DNA of 43,606 nucleotides from Salinibacterium sp. GTDB taxonomy: Bacteria > Actinomycetota > Actinomycetes > Actinomycetales > Microbacteriaceae. Every line of letters begins with the position of its first letter. Within the stretch, counting starts at the first letter, position 1. Below the pieces are notes generated by a model. The model worked only from the letters and a program-made list of their open reading frames with translations, was not told the origin of the DNA and did not search any database. This document shows positions 29,286-37,460 of this stretch, piece after piece. The position numbers were made by a program, and so were the translations under genes. The stretch is taken from NCBI RefSeq assembly GCF_031368185.1, contig NZ_JANLRB010000441.1, one strand, 5' to 3'.

Positions 29286-29758
29286 ACCTTCGGGTCGTCA
29301 TCCTCGTCGTCGACGATGTCGAGTGCTTTCTCGCGAATTTCACCCGCGCTGGCAACGACATTGTCTACGGCGGCCTCCCCGCGTACGCGAAGATCTGCGG
29401 CAACCTTGCCAGCCTGGTCGCGTACATCGCTAGCAACGTCGGTGACCCTGTCCGCCACATCTCTGGCGGTCGTGGTGGTTCTGGCGGCGACATCCCGCGC
29501 GGTGTCTACGACCCTGTCCCTGACATCCTTCGCGACTCCGGGCGCTGCCTTCGCCGCGGCGTCGGCGCGCTCTCGGATCAGCGGAGTCTGCTGCCTCGCG
29601 TAGGCCTCGACATCATGGCGGGTTTTCGAGACGCGCGGGTTTTCCCATAGCGCGATGACCCGTGCCTTGATCTGGTCATAGCGCTCCCGCCCTGCGTGCG
29701 ACCCGAACAGGTAGCCCACCGCTATCCCGGCACCGACAATGAAAAGTTTGCGTTTCAT
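29282..29758 (-). CDS. YtxH-like small stress protein with helical repeats
   Basis: N-terminal anchor GYLFGSHAGRERYDQI followed by 11-mer-like repeats; GGAGGT RBS. Confidence 0.8.
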   Translation of the reverse strand: MKRKLFIVGAGIAVGYLFGSHAGRERYDQIKARVIALWENPRVSKTRHDVEAYARQQTPLIRERADAAAKAAPGVAKDVRDRVVDTARDVAARTTTTARDVADRVTDVASDVRDQAGKVAADLRVRGEAAVDNVVASAGEIREKALDIVDDEDDDPKV

Positions 29759-29790
29759 ACCTCCACCATAAGTGTGGGCGGTGACAGTAG

Positions 29791-29826
29791 TGCACATCAC
29801 TCAGGGCACATCACTCAGTGCACATC
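29791..29826. repeat. 14-nt tandem repeat (x2.6)
   Basis: TGCACATCACTCAG GGCACATCACTCAG TGCACATC. Confidence 0.85.
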
Positions 29827-30843
29827 CCGCGAGGCCGCCGCCGACTGCTCGCGGATGGCCCTGCCATCGGAGACGTCCTGTGCGCGTTGCCTCGCCAACA
29901 TGAGATTGCGCGTCGTATCACGCATCGGTAGTTGGACCACCTCTTCGGCGGCGATGCCCGCCCCGAGTTGGCGCAGGCGCATCACCTCGGCATCCACCTC
30001 CGCTCCGAGCACGAGCACGACGTTGGTGATGTAGAGCCACACGAGCAGTGCGAGACCGCCGCCGAGCCATCCATATATTCGATCGTAGGTGCCCACGTTG
30101 GTCACATACAGGCCGAACAGGGTCGTTGCCAGCGCCCAGGCGACGATCGCAAACAGGGCCCCGAAGCTCACCCAGCGCAGTCTCTCGTGCCGCACATTGG
30201 GAGTGACGTAGTAGAGCACGCCCATCACCAGGGCGACCAGGATCACGAGAATTGGCCATCGCCCGATCGACCAGATCGTGATCCAGGGAGCGCCGACACC
30301 GACCGCACCCCCGATGGCGGCGGCCACACTCGGGGTGATGATCAGCAGCGCCACGATCGCGCCAAATATCACCAGCAGAAACAGTGCCAGAACGAGCATC
30401 AGGCCACGAAACTTCCAGATCTGCCGGCCTTCCTGCACTTCATAAACGCTGTTCACCGCGCGACCGAACGCGGTAGAGAAGCTCGAGAGTGACCACAGCG
30501 ACAGAATGAGCCCGATGGCGAGCACGAGCGCCGGGTTCGCGATGGTGAAAAGCTGGATGATGGGTTGCCGAAGGGTTTCTACTGTCGACGCCTGCGCGAC
30601 CTCATCGACGATGCCGAGGATGACCGTGGCAGCATCGCGTGTGCCTTCGGACAACGCGAACACGGAGACGACCGTCAGTGCACCGGGGAACAGCGCGAGT
30701 GCGGAGAAGAAGGTGAGTGCCGCCGCAGAATCGAGCCCACGATGGCGCACGAATCCGTGCCATGTTCTGCGGACGGCGTATCTCCACGCTGAGGCTGGTA
30801 ACCCCTGTGTGGTTTGCGCTGCACCTCGACGTTCGCTGCTCAT
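29815..30843 (-). CDS. YihY/virulence factor BrkB family membrane protein
   Basis: DSAAALTFF.LALFP, AVNSVY, YYVTPNV, Y.RIYG.LGG, LGAEVDAE; TACCAT-N6-ATG. Confidence 0.92.
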   Translation of the reverse strand: MSSERRGAAQTTQGLPASAWRYAVRRTWHGFVRHRGLDSAAALTFFSALALFPGALTVVSVFALSEGTRDAATVILGIVDEVAQASTVETLRQPIIQLFTIANPALVLAIGLILSLWSLSSFSTAFGRAVNSVYEVQEGRQIWKFRGLMLVLALFLLVIFGAIVALLIITPSVAAAIGGAVGVGAPWITIWSIGRWPILVILVALVMGVLYYVTPNVRHERLRWVSFGALFAIVAWALATTLFGLYVTNVGTYDRIYGWLGGGLALLVWLYITNVVLVLGAEVDAEVMRLRQLGAGIAAEEVVQLPMRDTTRNLMLARQRAQDVSDGRAIREQSAAASRDVH

Positions 30844-32402
30844 CCCTTGATGGTAGGAGTCTGCGGCGGTGCGCCAGGCCCCGTGCGCTTCGACAGCACA
30901 GGTGGCCGGGCTCGCCACAGGTGCAGGCCCGCGTAGGTGCGCCACGGCGCCCAACGGGCGCTGTAGGCGTCGAGCGCCCTCATCGTCGAAGGCATCCCCA
31001 GGTTCGCGGCACTCTGCTGCATGACCAGGTCGCTGGACAGCATGATGTCGGGATTACCCAGCACCCTCATTGCCACGTAGCCGGCCGTCCATGGCCCGAT
31101 CCCCGGCATCGCGACCAGCTTGGCAACGAGCTCGTCCGATGGCATCCCCAGGTCGAGTACGAGCTCGCCCGAGGCGATGGCCTCGGCCGCTCCCACTATC
31201 GTCGCCACTCGCGACGCCGGGCCACGGAGCACCTCTCGACCGTTCTCGGCCAGCCGCAATGCCGTGGGAAACAGGCCGTCAGAGCCAAGCTGCCTGGTGA
31301 TGTTGCCCAGCACTGTTCGGGCGGCAGCCACCGAGATTTGCTGCCCGACAAGGGTGCGGAATAGGGCTTCGTCCGCGTCCACCACGCCGGGCAGGCGCAG
31401 GCCCGGCAGCCCGGAGACGAGCGGCCTGAGCTTCGGGTCGGTGGCCAGCGCGGTATCGATGGCGACCGAATCCGCGTCGAGGTCACAGAGCCTGCGCACG
31501 CGTGAGACGAGGGCCGTGACATCCGAGACATCATTCAGTCTCGCTCGGCACAGGACGGCGTCGCCGTCGAGTGTCATGTCCACGTCGGCAACTCCCGTGG
31601 GCAGGCGAAGGCGGCGTGAGAAGGAATGGTCGTCTCCCACTTCGAGCCCGGCGACGGCATGGTCAGCGAAGAACCGCATCAGGCCCGCCCCGTCGAACGG
31701 TGCGCGGGCGGGCAGGCGCAGGGTGATGCTCGTCGACCCAGCGGCGGATCTTAGATCAAATCCTTGATCGGACCCTGGATCACTGCCGAGCGTCAGTCGA
31801 CCTCCCTGACTGCCCTGACCTCGTCGCGCGAGTGCGCGGAGGGCGCTGGGGGTTGATTCATACACGGCCTGAATGGTGTCGTTGAACTGCCTGATACTCG
31901 AAAAGCCGGCGGCGAACGCCACATCGGCTACCGACAGGTTGGTTGACGCCAATAGATGCCGTGCGCTTTGGGCGCGATGCGCGCGCGCGAGCGACAGCGG
32001 GCCGGCGCCGAGTTCGCTCGTGAGCACCCTCGTGAGATGCCTGCTCGTATAGCCGAGCCTCGCCGCAAGGCCCTGCACGCCGTCGCGCTCGATGACGCCA
32101 TCGGTGATCAACCGCATCGCGCGGGAGGCAAGGTCGTCGCTGAGGTTCCAGTCCGGGGAGCCGGGCACGGCGTCAGGCTGGCAACGCTTACAGGCCCGCA
32201 GGCCGGCTTCGTGTGCGGCCGCAGCAGTCCTGAAGAAACTGACATTCTTCGCGTGCGGTGTCATGGCAGCACAACTCGGTCTGCAGTAGATTCCGGTCGA
32301 ATGCACTCCGGCGATAAATTGCCCGTCGAATCGTGAGTCGCGGGAGGCCAGCGCGCGATACCGCTCGGCGAATCGAGGGTCGGTGCTTCCGTGGGTGCTC
32401 AT
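30840..32402 (-). CDS. alkA: Ada-AlkA fusion: methylphosphotriester repair/AraC regulator plus 3-methyladenine DNA glycosylase
   Basis: STGIYCRPSC...RACKRC zinc site, AraC HTH (AGFSSIRQFN), GQQIS, PGIGPWTA, WAPWRTYA. Confidence 0.93.
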   Translation of the reverse strand: MSTHGSTDPRFAERYRALASRDSRFDGQFIAGVHSTGIYCRPSCAAMTPHAKNVSFFRTAAAAHEAGLRACKRCQPDAVPGSPDWNLSDDLASRAMRLITDGVIERDGVQGLAARLGYTSRHLTRVLTSELGAGPLSLARAHRAQSARHLLASTNLSVADVAFAAGFSSIRQFNDTIQAVYESTPSALRALARRGQGSQGGRLTLGSDPGSDQGFDLRSAAGSTSITLRLPARAPFDGAGLMRFFADHAVAGLEVGDDHSFSRRLRLPTGVADVDMTLDGDAVLCRARLNDVSDVTALVSRVRRLCDLDADSVAIDTALATDPKLRPLVSGLPGLRLPGVVDADEALFRTLVGQQISVAAARTVLGNITRQLGSDGLFPTALRLAENGREVLRGPASRVATIVGAAEAIASGELVLDLGMPSDELVAKLVAMPGIGPWTAGYVAMRVLGNPDIMLSSDLVMQQSAANLGMPSTMRALDAYSARWAPWRTYAGLHLWRARPPVLSKRTGPGAPPQTPTIKG

Positions 32403-32560
32403 CACCTCAGAATCACATGGTCCACTGACATCCACTAGCGAAAATCAGACATGGCGAACTCATCACCCCGACTCGCCGCACGAGCGGGCTGTGCATTCAC
32501 CGGACCGCTAGCCCATTCGGGGGACAAGGTCAAGCCCTGTCTCCCAGCGAGAGTGTCGGA

Positions 32561-32968
32561 TTGACTGTGCAGGTGAGCGCAGAATTGACCAGTTCCCAAG
32601 CCGTCACCGGCCGCCCTCTGACCGCCGGACAACGGGCACGCATGCGCGCCAGGTTGGTGGATGACCTGCAGGAGGCTCGCAACCTCGAGACGCGACTTCG
32701 CCACGATGTCGCAGACGGGATCGCGTCACGTCGGGGTTCGACAAACGACGAGGTGGACGACCCGGAGGGCGCAAATACCGCCTTCGAAGGGGCACAGTCC
32801 AATGCGATGGTGCAGCACACCCGACGTCACATTGACGAGATCCTGGCGGCCCTGGTTCGACTGGATGTTGCGACCTATGGCGCGTGCGAGCGTTGCGGTG
32901 GTGCCATTTCGAAGCCGAGGCTGGATGCACGCCCGGCCGCGGCGTACTGCATCGCCTGCGCCGCCTGA
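32561..32968 (+). CDS. DksA/TraR C4-type zinc finger protein
   Basis: DDPEG coiled-coil tip; YGACERC..I..RL.ARP....CIAC. Confidence 0.88.
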   Translation: MTVQVSAELTSSQAVTGRPLTAGQRARMRARLVDDLQEARNLETRLRHDVADGIASRRGSTNDEVDDPEGANTAFEGAQSNAMVQHTRRHIDEILAALVRLDVATYGACERCGGAISKPRLDARPAAAYCIACAA

Positions 32969-33014
32969 CCCCTTCCGGCCCCCGGTGTGGTCCGGCAAAT
33001 GACACAATGGCCGA

Positions 33015-34403
33015 ATGACCGCAATTTCGTCCCGTGTCGTGCGCACCGAAACGGTCGTCGCGCAGCTTTCTGATGCGCTCGGGGATGCTCTCTCGACGTC
33101 CGCCGCCGAAACAGAACGCACCCGCTCCGATAAGTCGGGGCACGTTTCCGCTTCAGCACCGCTCGCGGTCGTCACCGCACGCTCTGTTGACGATGTGCAG
33201 GCGGTCATGCGCATCGCCTCGGCTACGGGCACTCCCGTGGTCACCCGTGGCGCTGGCACCGGGCTTGCCGGGGGCGCGATCGGCGACGCCGGCGAAATAG
33301 TGCTGAGTACCCTCGCGATGAATTCTCTACTCGAGGTCTCGGTCGACGACGAACTCGCCGTCGTGCAGCCGGGCATCATCAACGCAGAGCTGAATCGACT
33401 TCTCGAGCCACACGGCCTCTGGTTCACCCCAGACCCTGCCAGCCGTGCCATCTCTACGGTCGGCGGCAACATCGCAACGAACGCCGGCGGCCTGCTGTGC
33501 GCGAAGTACGGTGTCACCCGCGAGTCGATCCTGGGGGTGAAAGTCGTGATGGCCGATGGTCGACTGCTCGAGTTTGGCCATCGCACGGTCAAAGGCGTCA
33601 CCGGCCTCGACCTGACCGCTCTGATGATCGGGTCTGAAGGGACCCTCGGCGTGATCGTGGAAGCGACGCTTCGACTGCGCAGACTCGTCACCGGAACGGT
33701 GGCGACCATCAGCGCGAGATTCGACACGGTGGATGACGCGGCACGGGCCGCGGCGGTAATCACCTCGTCCGGCCTGAGGCCTGCCGTCATGGAACTGGTC
33801 GGCGAGAGCGCCATGGCCGCAATAGGCGCGTATCTGGGGATCGAGCATCCCGCAGGATCGCAGCTGATGATCCAGACCGACGGACCGGGTGCCGCGCAGG
33901 AGGCCGAGTCGATCTTCGCGATCGTCTCCTCCCTCGGCGGTGTTGGTGAACTGTCGCTCGACCCGGTTGCCGGCGAGAAGCTCTTTTCGATCCGTCGAGC
34001 ATTTCATCCCGCCATGGCGGCGCTCGGCACCGTGTTGATAGAGGACGTCTGTGTGCCGCGCAGCGCACTGCCTGCCATGTTTGCCGCGATCGGTGAAATC
34101 GAGCACAGGTATGACATCACCATTCCCACGGTGGCGCATGCGGGCGATGGCAACCTGCATCCCAATTTCGTGTTCAATGACGAGAGCGGGGGCGGGGTGC
34201 CCGCGGCGATCTGGGCTGCCGCTGACGAGCTGTTCCTCGCGGCACTGAGGCTTGGAGGCACGCTCACGGGGGAGCACGGCATTGGCCTGCTGAAGCGGCG
34301 CTGGCTTCGTGACGAGCTCGGGGACGACCAGTTGGAGTTGCAACGGCAGATCAAGGCAGTCTTCGATCCTCTCGGAATCATGAATCCTGGGAAGGTCTTC
34401 TGA
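33015..34403 (+). CDS. FAD-linked oxidase (GlcD/D-2-hydroxyacid dehydrogenase family)
   Basis: RGAGTGLAGG, PDPAS, TNAGG, GSEGTLG, HAGDGNLH, GEHGIG, DPLGIMNPGK. Confidence 0.93.
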   Translation: MTAISSRVVRTETVVAQLSDALGDALSTSAAETERTRSDKSGHVSASAPLAVVTARSVDDVQAVMRIASATGTPVVTRGAGTGLAGGAIGDAGEIVLSTLAMNSLLEVSVDDELAVVQPGIINAELNRLLEPHGLWFTPDPASRAISTVGGNIATNAGGLLCAKYGVTRESILGVKVVMADGRLLEFGHRTVKGVTGLDLTALMIGSEGTLGVIVEATLRLRRLVTGTVATISARFDTVDDAARAAAVITSSGLRPAVMELVGESAMAAIGAYLGIEHPAGSQLMIQTDGPGAAQEAESIFAIVSSLGGVGELSLDPVAGEKLFSIRRAFHPAMAALGTVLIEDVCVPRSALPAMFAAIGEIEHRYDITIPTVAHAGDGNLHPNFVFNDESGGGVPAAIWAAADELFLAALRLGGTLTGEHGIGLLKRRWLRDELGDDQLELQRQIKAVFDPLGIMNPGKVF

Positions 34404-34417
34404 ACTACCTGGGTGGA

Positions 34418-34443
34418 GGAATATCCGGAGCAGGGCTGCCGTT
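34418..34443 (+). promoter_or_regulatory. SigH/SigR-type ECF promoter
   Basis: GGAAT-N18-GTT exact spacing; ATG 9 nt downstream. Confidence 0.7.
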
Positions 34444-34452
34444 TTGCTGGGT

Positions 34453-35103
34453 ATGAGTTCCTCTGGTGTAACTGCTCGCATGATTGCTCCTCGACTTCTC
34501 GCGGGCGAGGTCCGCGTTCGTGTGGGAGCCGTCGGAGTGAGTGCTCTCGGCACACAGGTAGCAGGCATCATCGACGGAGTGGGGCCAGACAGCGCCGGGT
34601 TTGCCAAGAACGACAGGGTCGCCTTCCGCTCACTTGCCCCCACGTCCGCGGCAATAATCACCGTCGCCGAGCGCGACCTCATCGGCATTCCGGCCGACGT
34701 CACGCTTGATGCGGCAGCCGCCCTGTTCCCCTGTGCCATGCTGGCCCGCTCGGTCGTGAAGCAGGTGCACGCGGTGGGGCGCGGCACTCGCGTCGCCGTC
34801 ACAGATGTCTCGGTTGTGGCACCGTTCGTTGTGGCGTGGGCCCGCCATCTTGGGGCGACAGTACTCAGTGACGCGATCGCGCAGCTGGAGGCCTCCGACG
34901 TCATCATCTCCGGCCGGAGCGTGCGCACCGCGCTGGGTATGCGCCCCGGCCACGGGTCGGTCCAGCAGGTCGCCGCAGATGTGTTCGCCGCCATGCGGTC
35001 GGGGGCGTTCGACGCCATCTCCACGAGTACGGCGGAACAGGCTCGTCAGGGTTCCCGATCTCCGGTGCTGCTGCATCCAGCCGAGGTATCGCTTGCCGCC
35101 TGA
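34453..35103 (+). CDS. Short, degenerate quinone oxidoreductase/MDR-like protein
   Basis: GEVRVRV.AVGV, AGII.GVG...F..DRVA, IPADV....AAA motifs; only 216 aa; no Gly-rich NADPH loop. Confidence 0.7.
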   Translation: MSSSGVTARMIAPRLLAGEVRVRVGAVGVSALGTQVAGIIDGVGPDSAGFAKNDRVAFRSLAPTSAAIITVAERDLIGIPADVTLDAAAALFPCAMLARSVVKQVHAVGRGTRVAVTDVSVVAPFVVAWARHLGATVLSDAIAQLEASDVIISGRSVRTALGMRPGHGSVQQVAADVFAAMRSGAFDAISTSTAEQARQGSRSPVLLHPAEVSLAA

Positions 35104-35203
35104 TCTGGCGGCGGCCGTGATCAGGGCGACACTCACCCGGGCTTATTCGGTCATGCCGACGTGGAGAGGCCTGACAGGGTAAGCGCGCGGCTAAGGTCTT
35201 GTC

Positions 35204-35779
35204 ATGTCGTCTTTCGAGTTCATCAGTCTCGCCATCTGGGTGGGGGTCATTGCGCTCCAGCTGGCAGATCTGACCCTCACTGCGAGCCGGGTTCCACAAC
35301 TTTCGGCGTTCAGCGTGCTGCGCGATGAGGTGCAGGATGCCGCGAGCGCTCGACTTGCGACCGAACAGCTCGACGGCTTCCGTGACAGGCTCGCGGCTCT
35401 CGACGACCGCGAGGCGGCCAGATCCGTACCGTCGGCACGGGGAGCTAACGCGCAGCTCTGGAAGGGAATCCCGTGGCACCTGGTCGCTGTTGCGGCGTCG
35501 TTCCTCCCCGTAATTGCCTCCGCTTCACTGCCTAACGCGAACGTTGGCGCTGCCGTGATGGCCCTGCTGCTGCCGGTGATCAGCTATGTGCTCGCGTTGG
35601 CGGTGGCACGGGCATCCGTGGCCGCAGCCGGTGCACGATCGAGCCTGCACACGCACCAGCGCGCCGAAATTATTGTGTTGCTCGATGCGGCCGCCAGAAC
35701 CTCGCGAAAGAAGGTTGTCGGGCTTGGCGATCGCGTCGCACGGGCGTTGCAGATCCTGCGTGAGCAACAGGCTCAGTGA
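35204..35779 (+). CDS. Hypothetical membrane protein
   Basis: Three hydrophobic segments; TAAGGT-N6-ATG. Confidence 0.7.
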   Translation: MSSFEFISLAIWVGVIALQLADLTLTASRVPQLSAFSVLRDEVQDAASARLATEQLDGFRDRLAALDDREAARSVPSARGANAQLWKGIPWHLVAVAASFLPVIASASLPNANVGAAVMALLLPVISYVLALAVARASVAAAGARSSLHTHQRAEIIVLLDAAARTSRKKVVGLGDRVARALQILREQQAQ

Positions 35780-35802
35780 CGACGACCCGCTAGGGTGTCG
35801 GC

Positions 35803-37113
35803 ATGACCAACCCCGCGGCTGACTCCACTGAGGCCACTCCGACAGCCCAGGCCAACCCGACATCGACCACGCCCGACCTGACCGCCTCGTCGGGGGCTTC
35901 GCGAATGGCACCGTCTGTCGCTCCCTCCGAGGTCTCGGCGCAGGTCTCCGGGGCAACGCAACCAGGGTTGACCGCCGTGATCAAACCCGGCAACACCGCA
36001 CTGGTGCTCGGCATCGTTGGGGTGATCATCCTGTCGATTCTTGCGCTGGGTGTTGCGGGCTACCTCGTTCTTTCACTGGGTGGTGACGCCGTCGCGCTGG
36101 GCGGCCTGATGGCCTTCATCCCGCTGGCAATCGTGTTCCTGGGGGTGCGCTGGATCGATCGCTGGGAGCCGGAACCCAGGCTCGCTGTGCTCTTCGCCTT
36201 TCTGTGGGGCTCGGCCGTTGCGGTCATCATTGCCCTGGTGGTGGGAAGCGGCGTCGACCCGGTGATCACCCTCGTCTCCCAGGGTGACGACGTCATCTAC
36301 GAGTTCATCGGGGCCGCGATCCAGGCGCCGCTGGTGGAAGAGTCCGCCAAGGGTCTGGGGCTTCTCTTGATATTCTTCGTTGCGCGCAAATATTTCGACG
36401 GCCCTGTCGACGGTGTCGTCTATGCGGCCTGGGTCGCCGGTGGATTTGCCTTCACCGAGAACATCCTCTATTTCGGCTCCCAGCTGCTCGACGCCGGTAC
36501 CGCCTTCTCTCCCGACGTCGCCTACATTTTTTTCGTGCGCGGAGTGATGTCCCCCTTTGCCCACGTGATGTTCACGATGTTTACGGGCCTCGCCCTCGGG
36601 TTCGCCGCTCGACGTGGCCTCGGCGTTGTCGGTGCGATCGGATTCTTCCTTATCGGGCTCATTCCGGCGATGCTGTTGCATGGCCTCTGGAACGGTGCCC
36701 TGTTCTTCGTGAACGATTTTTTCGGATACTACGCGATCGTCCAGTTCCCGCTCTTCGTGCTCGCAATCCTTCTGGTGCGATTCCTGCGCAGGCAAGAATC
36801 CAAGCTCACCTTCGATCGCCTCAGCGAGTACGCCAGCGTGGGCTGGTTTGCGCAGGACGAGATTGCGGCGCTGGCGACTCCCCGAGGCCGCAGACAGGCG
36901 CTCGAGTGGGCTGGCCGTCACGGTCGGCGGCCAGCGATGAAGCGCTATATTCGGGATGCCACACAACTGGCTTTCACCCGCCAGCGCATCGTCACCGGAC
37001 GTGGCGGCCTCGGGGCGACCCTCGACGAGGCCGCGATGCTGTCGGCTATCATCGAGTCGCGCTCGTTGCTCGTCGGGGCGGGAGCGTCGACTCCGCCTGC
37101 CGCCGGCAGGTAG
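35803..37113 (+). CDS. PrsW family intramembrane metalloprotease
   Basis: DRWEPEP, EESAK, FAFTEN, H..F and HGLWN motifs. Confidence 0.93.
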   Translation: MTNPAADSTEATPTAQANPTSTTPDLTASSGASRMAPSVAPSEVSAQVSGATQPGLTAVIKPGNTALVLGIVGVIILSILALGVAGYLVLSLGGDAVALGGLMAFIPLAIVFLGVRWIDRWEPEPRLAVLFAFLWGSAVAVIIALVVGSGVDPVITLVSQGDDVIYEFIGAAIQAPLVEESAKGLGLLLIFFVARKYFDGPVDGVVYAAWVAGGFAFTENILYFGSQLLDAGTAFSPDVAYIFFVRGVMSPFAHVMFTMFTGLALGFAARRGLGVVGAIGFFLIGLIPAMLLHGLWNGALFFVNDFFGYYAIVQFPLFVLAILLVRFLRRQESKLTFDRLSEYASVGWFAQDEIAALATPRGRRQALEWAGRHGRRPAMKRYIRDATQLAFTRQRIVTGRGGLGATLDEAAMLSAIIESRSLLVGAGASTPPAAGR

Positions 37114-37175
37114 TCTCAGCGGAACTCAGAGGCAATAAGCCGCGTGTGAGGTCCGGTCTTGCCTATAAGCCCCGT

Positions 37176-37240
37176 AAAAACACTCATCGCCCAGCCGGTG
37201 CGGCAATGCCTGCGACTCAGACTGGGCGATAAGTTGATCT
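37176..37240 (-). ncRNA. Candidate small RNA (single long hairpin plus U-tract)
   Basis: Minus-strand TTGCGC-N17-CACGCT promoter (37275-37247); 15-bp stem with two G-U pairs; GTTTTT tail. Confidence 0.5.
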
Positions 37241-37460
37241 GCTGACAGCGTGGCACTATCGGAGCGCCAGCGCAAGACCCCCGATGCCATTCGAGGGTCA
37301 CCTGACAATGACCTCGGCCGCGTAGACTGGACCGCTGGATTTCGGGCCGCGCTGACCAGCGTCTGGTCTGTGAAAGTTGCTGCTGCACGAGCCACATTCG
37401 TGCAAGCCCGGCTGCCAGAACAACGTGGAGTGGAAATCAGGGTCGTGAAGGGATTGTTGC

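Noticed and set aside
31740-31815. GATC-rich linker in alkA (SDPGSDQGFDL)
   Set aside because: Short in-frame low-complexity linker; no evidence of a separate element
33327-35024. 565-aa minus-strand ORF and many other long antisense or alternate-frame ORFs (e.g. 1173-2285, 27714-28961, 32726-33814)
   Set aside because: They shadow well-supported genes and have no motifs; long stop-free frames are expected at this GC content
37155-37279. GGTCTTGC...GCAAGACC as a rifamycin-associated element upstream of helD
   Set aside because: The half-sites are more than 100 nt apart rather than forming a compact ~19-bp inverted repeat, and the protein looks like class II HelD rather than HelR
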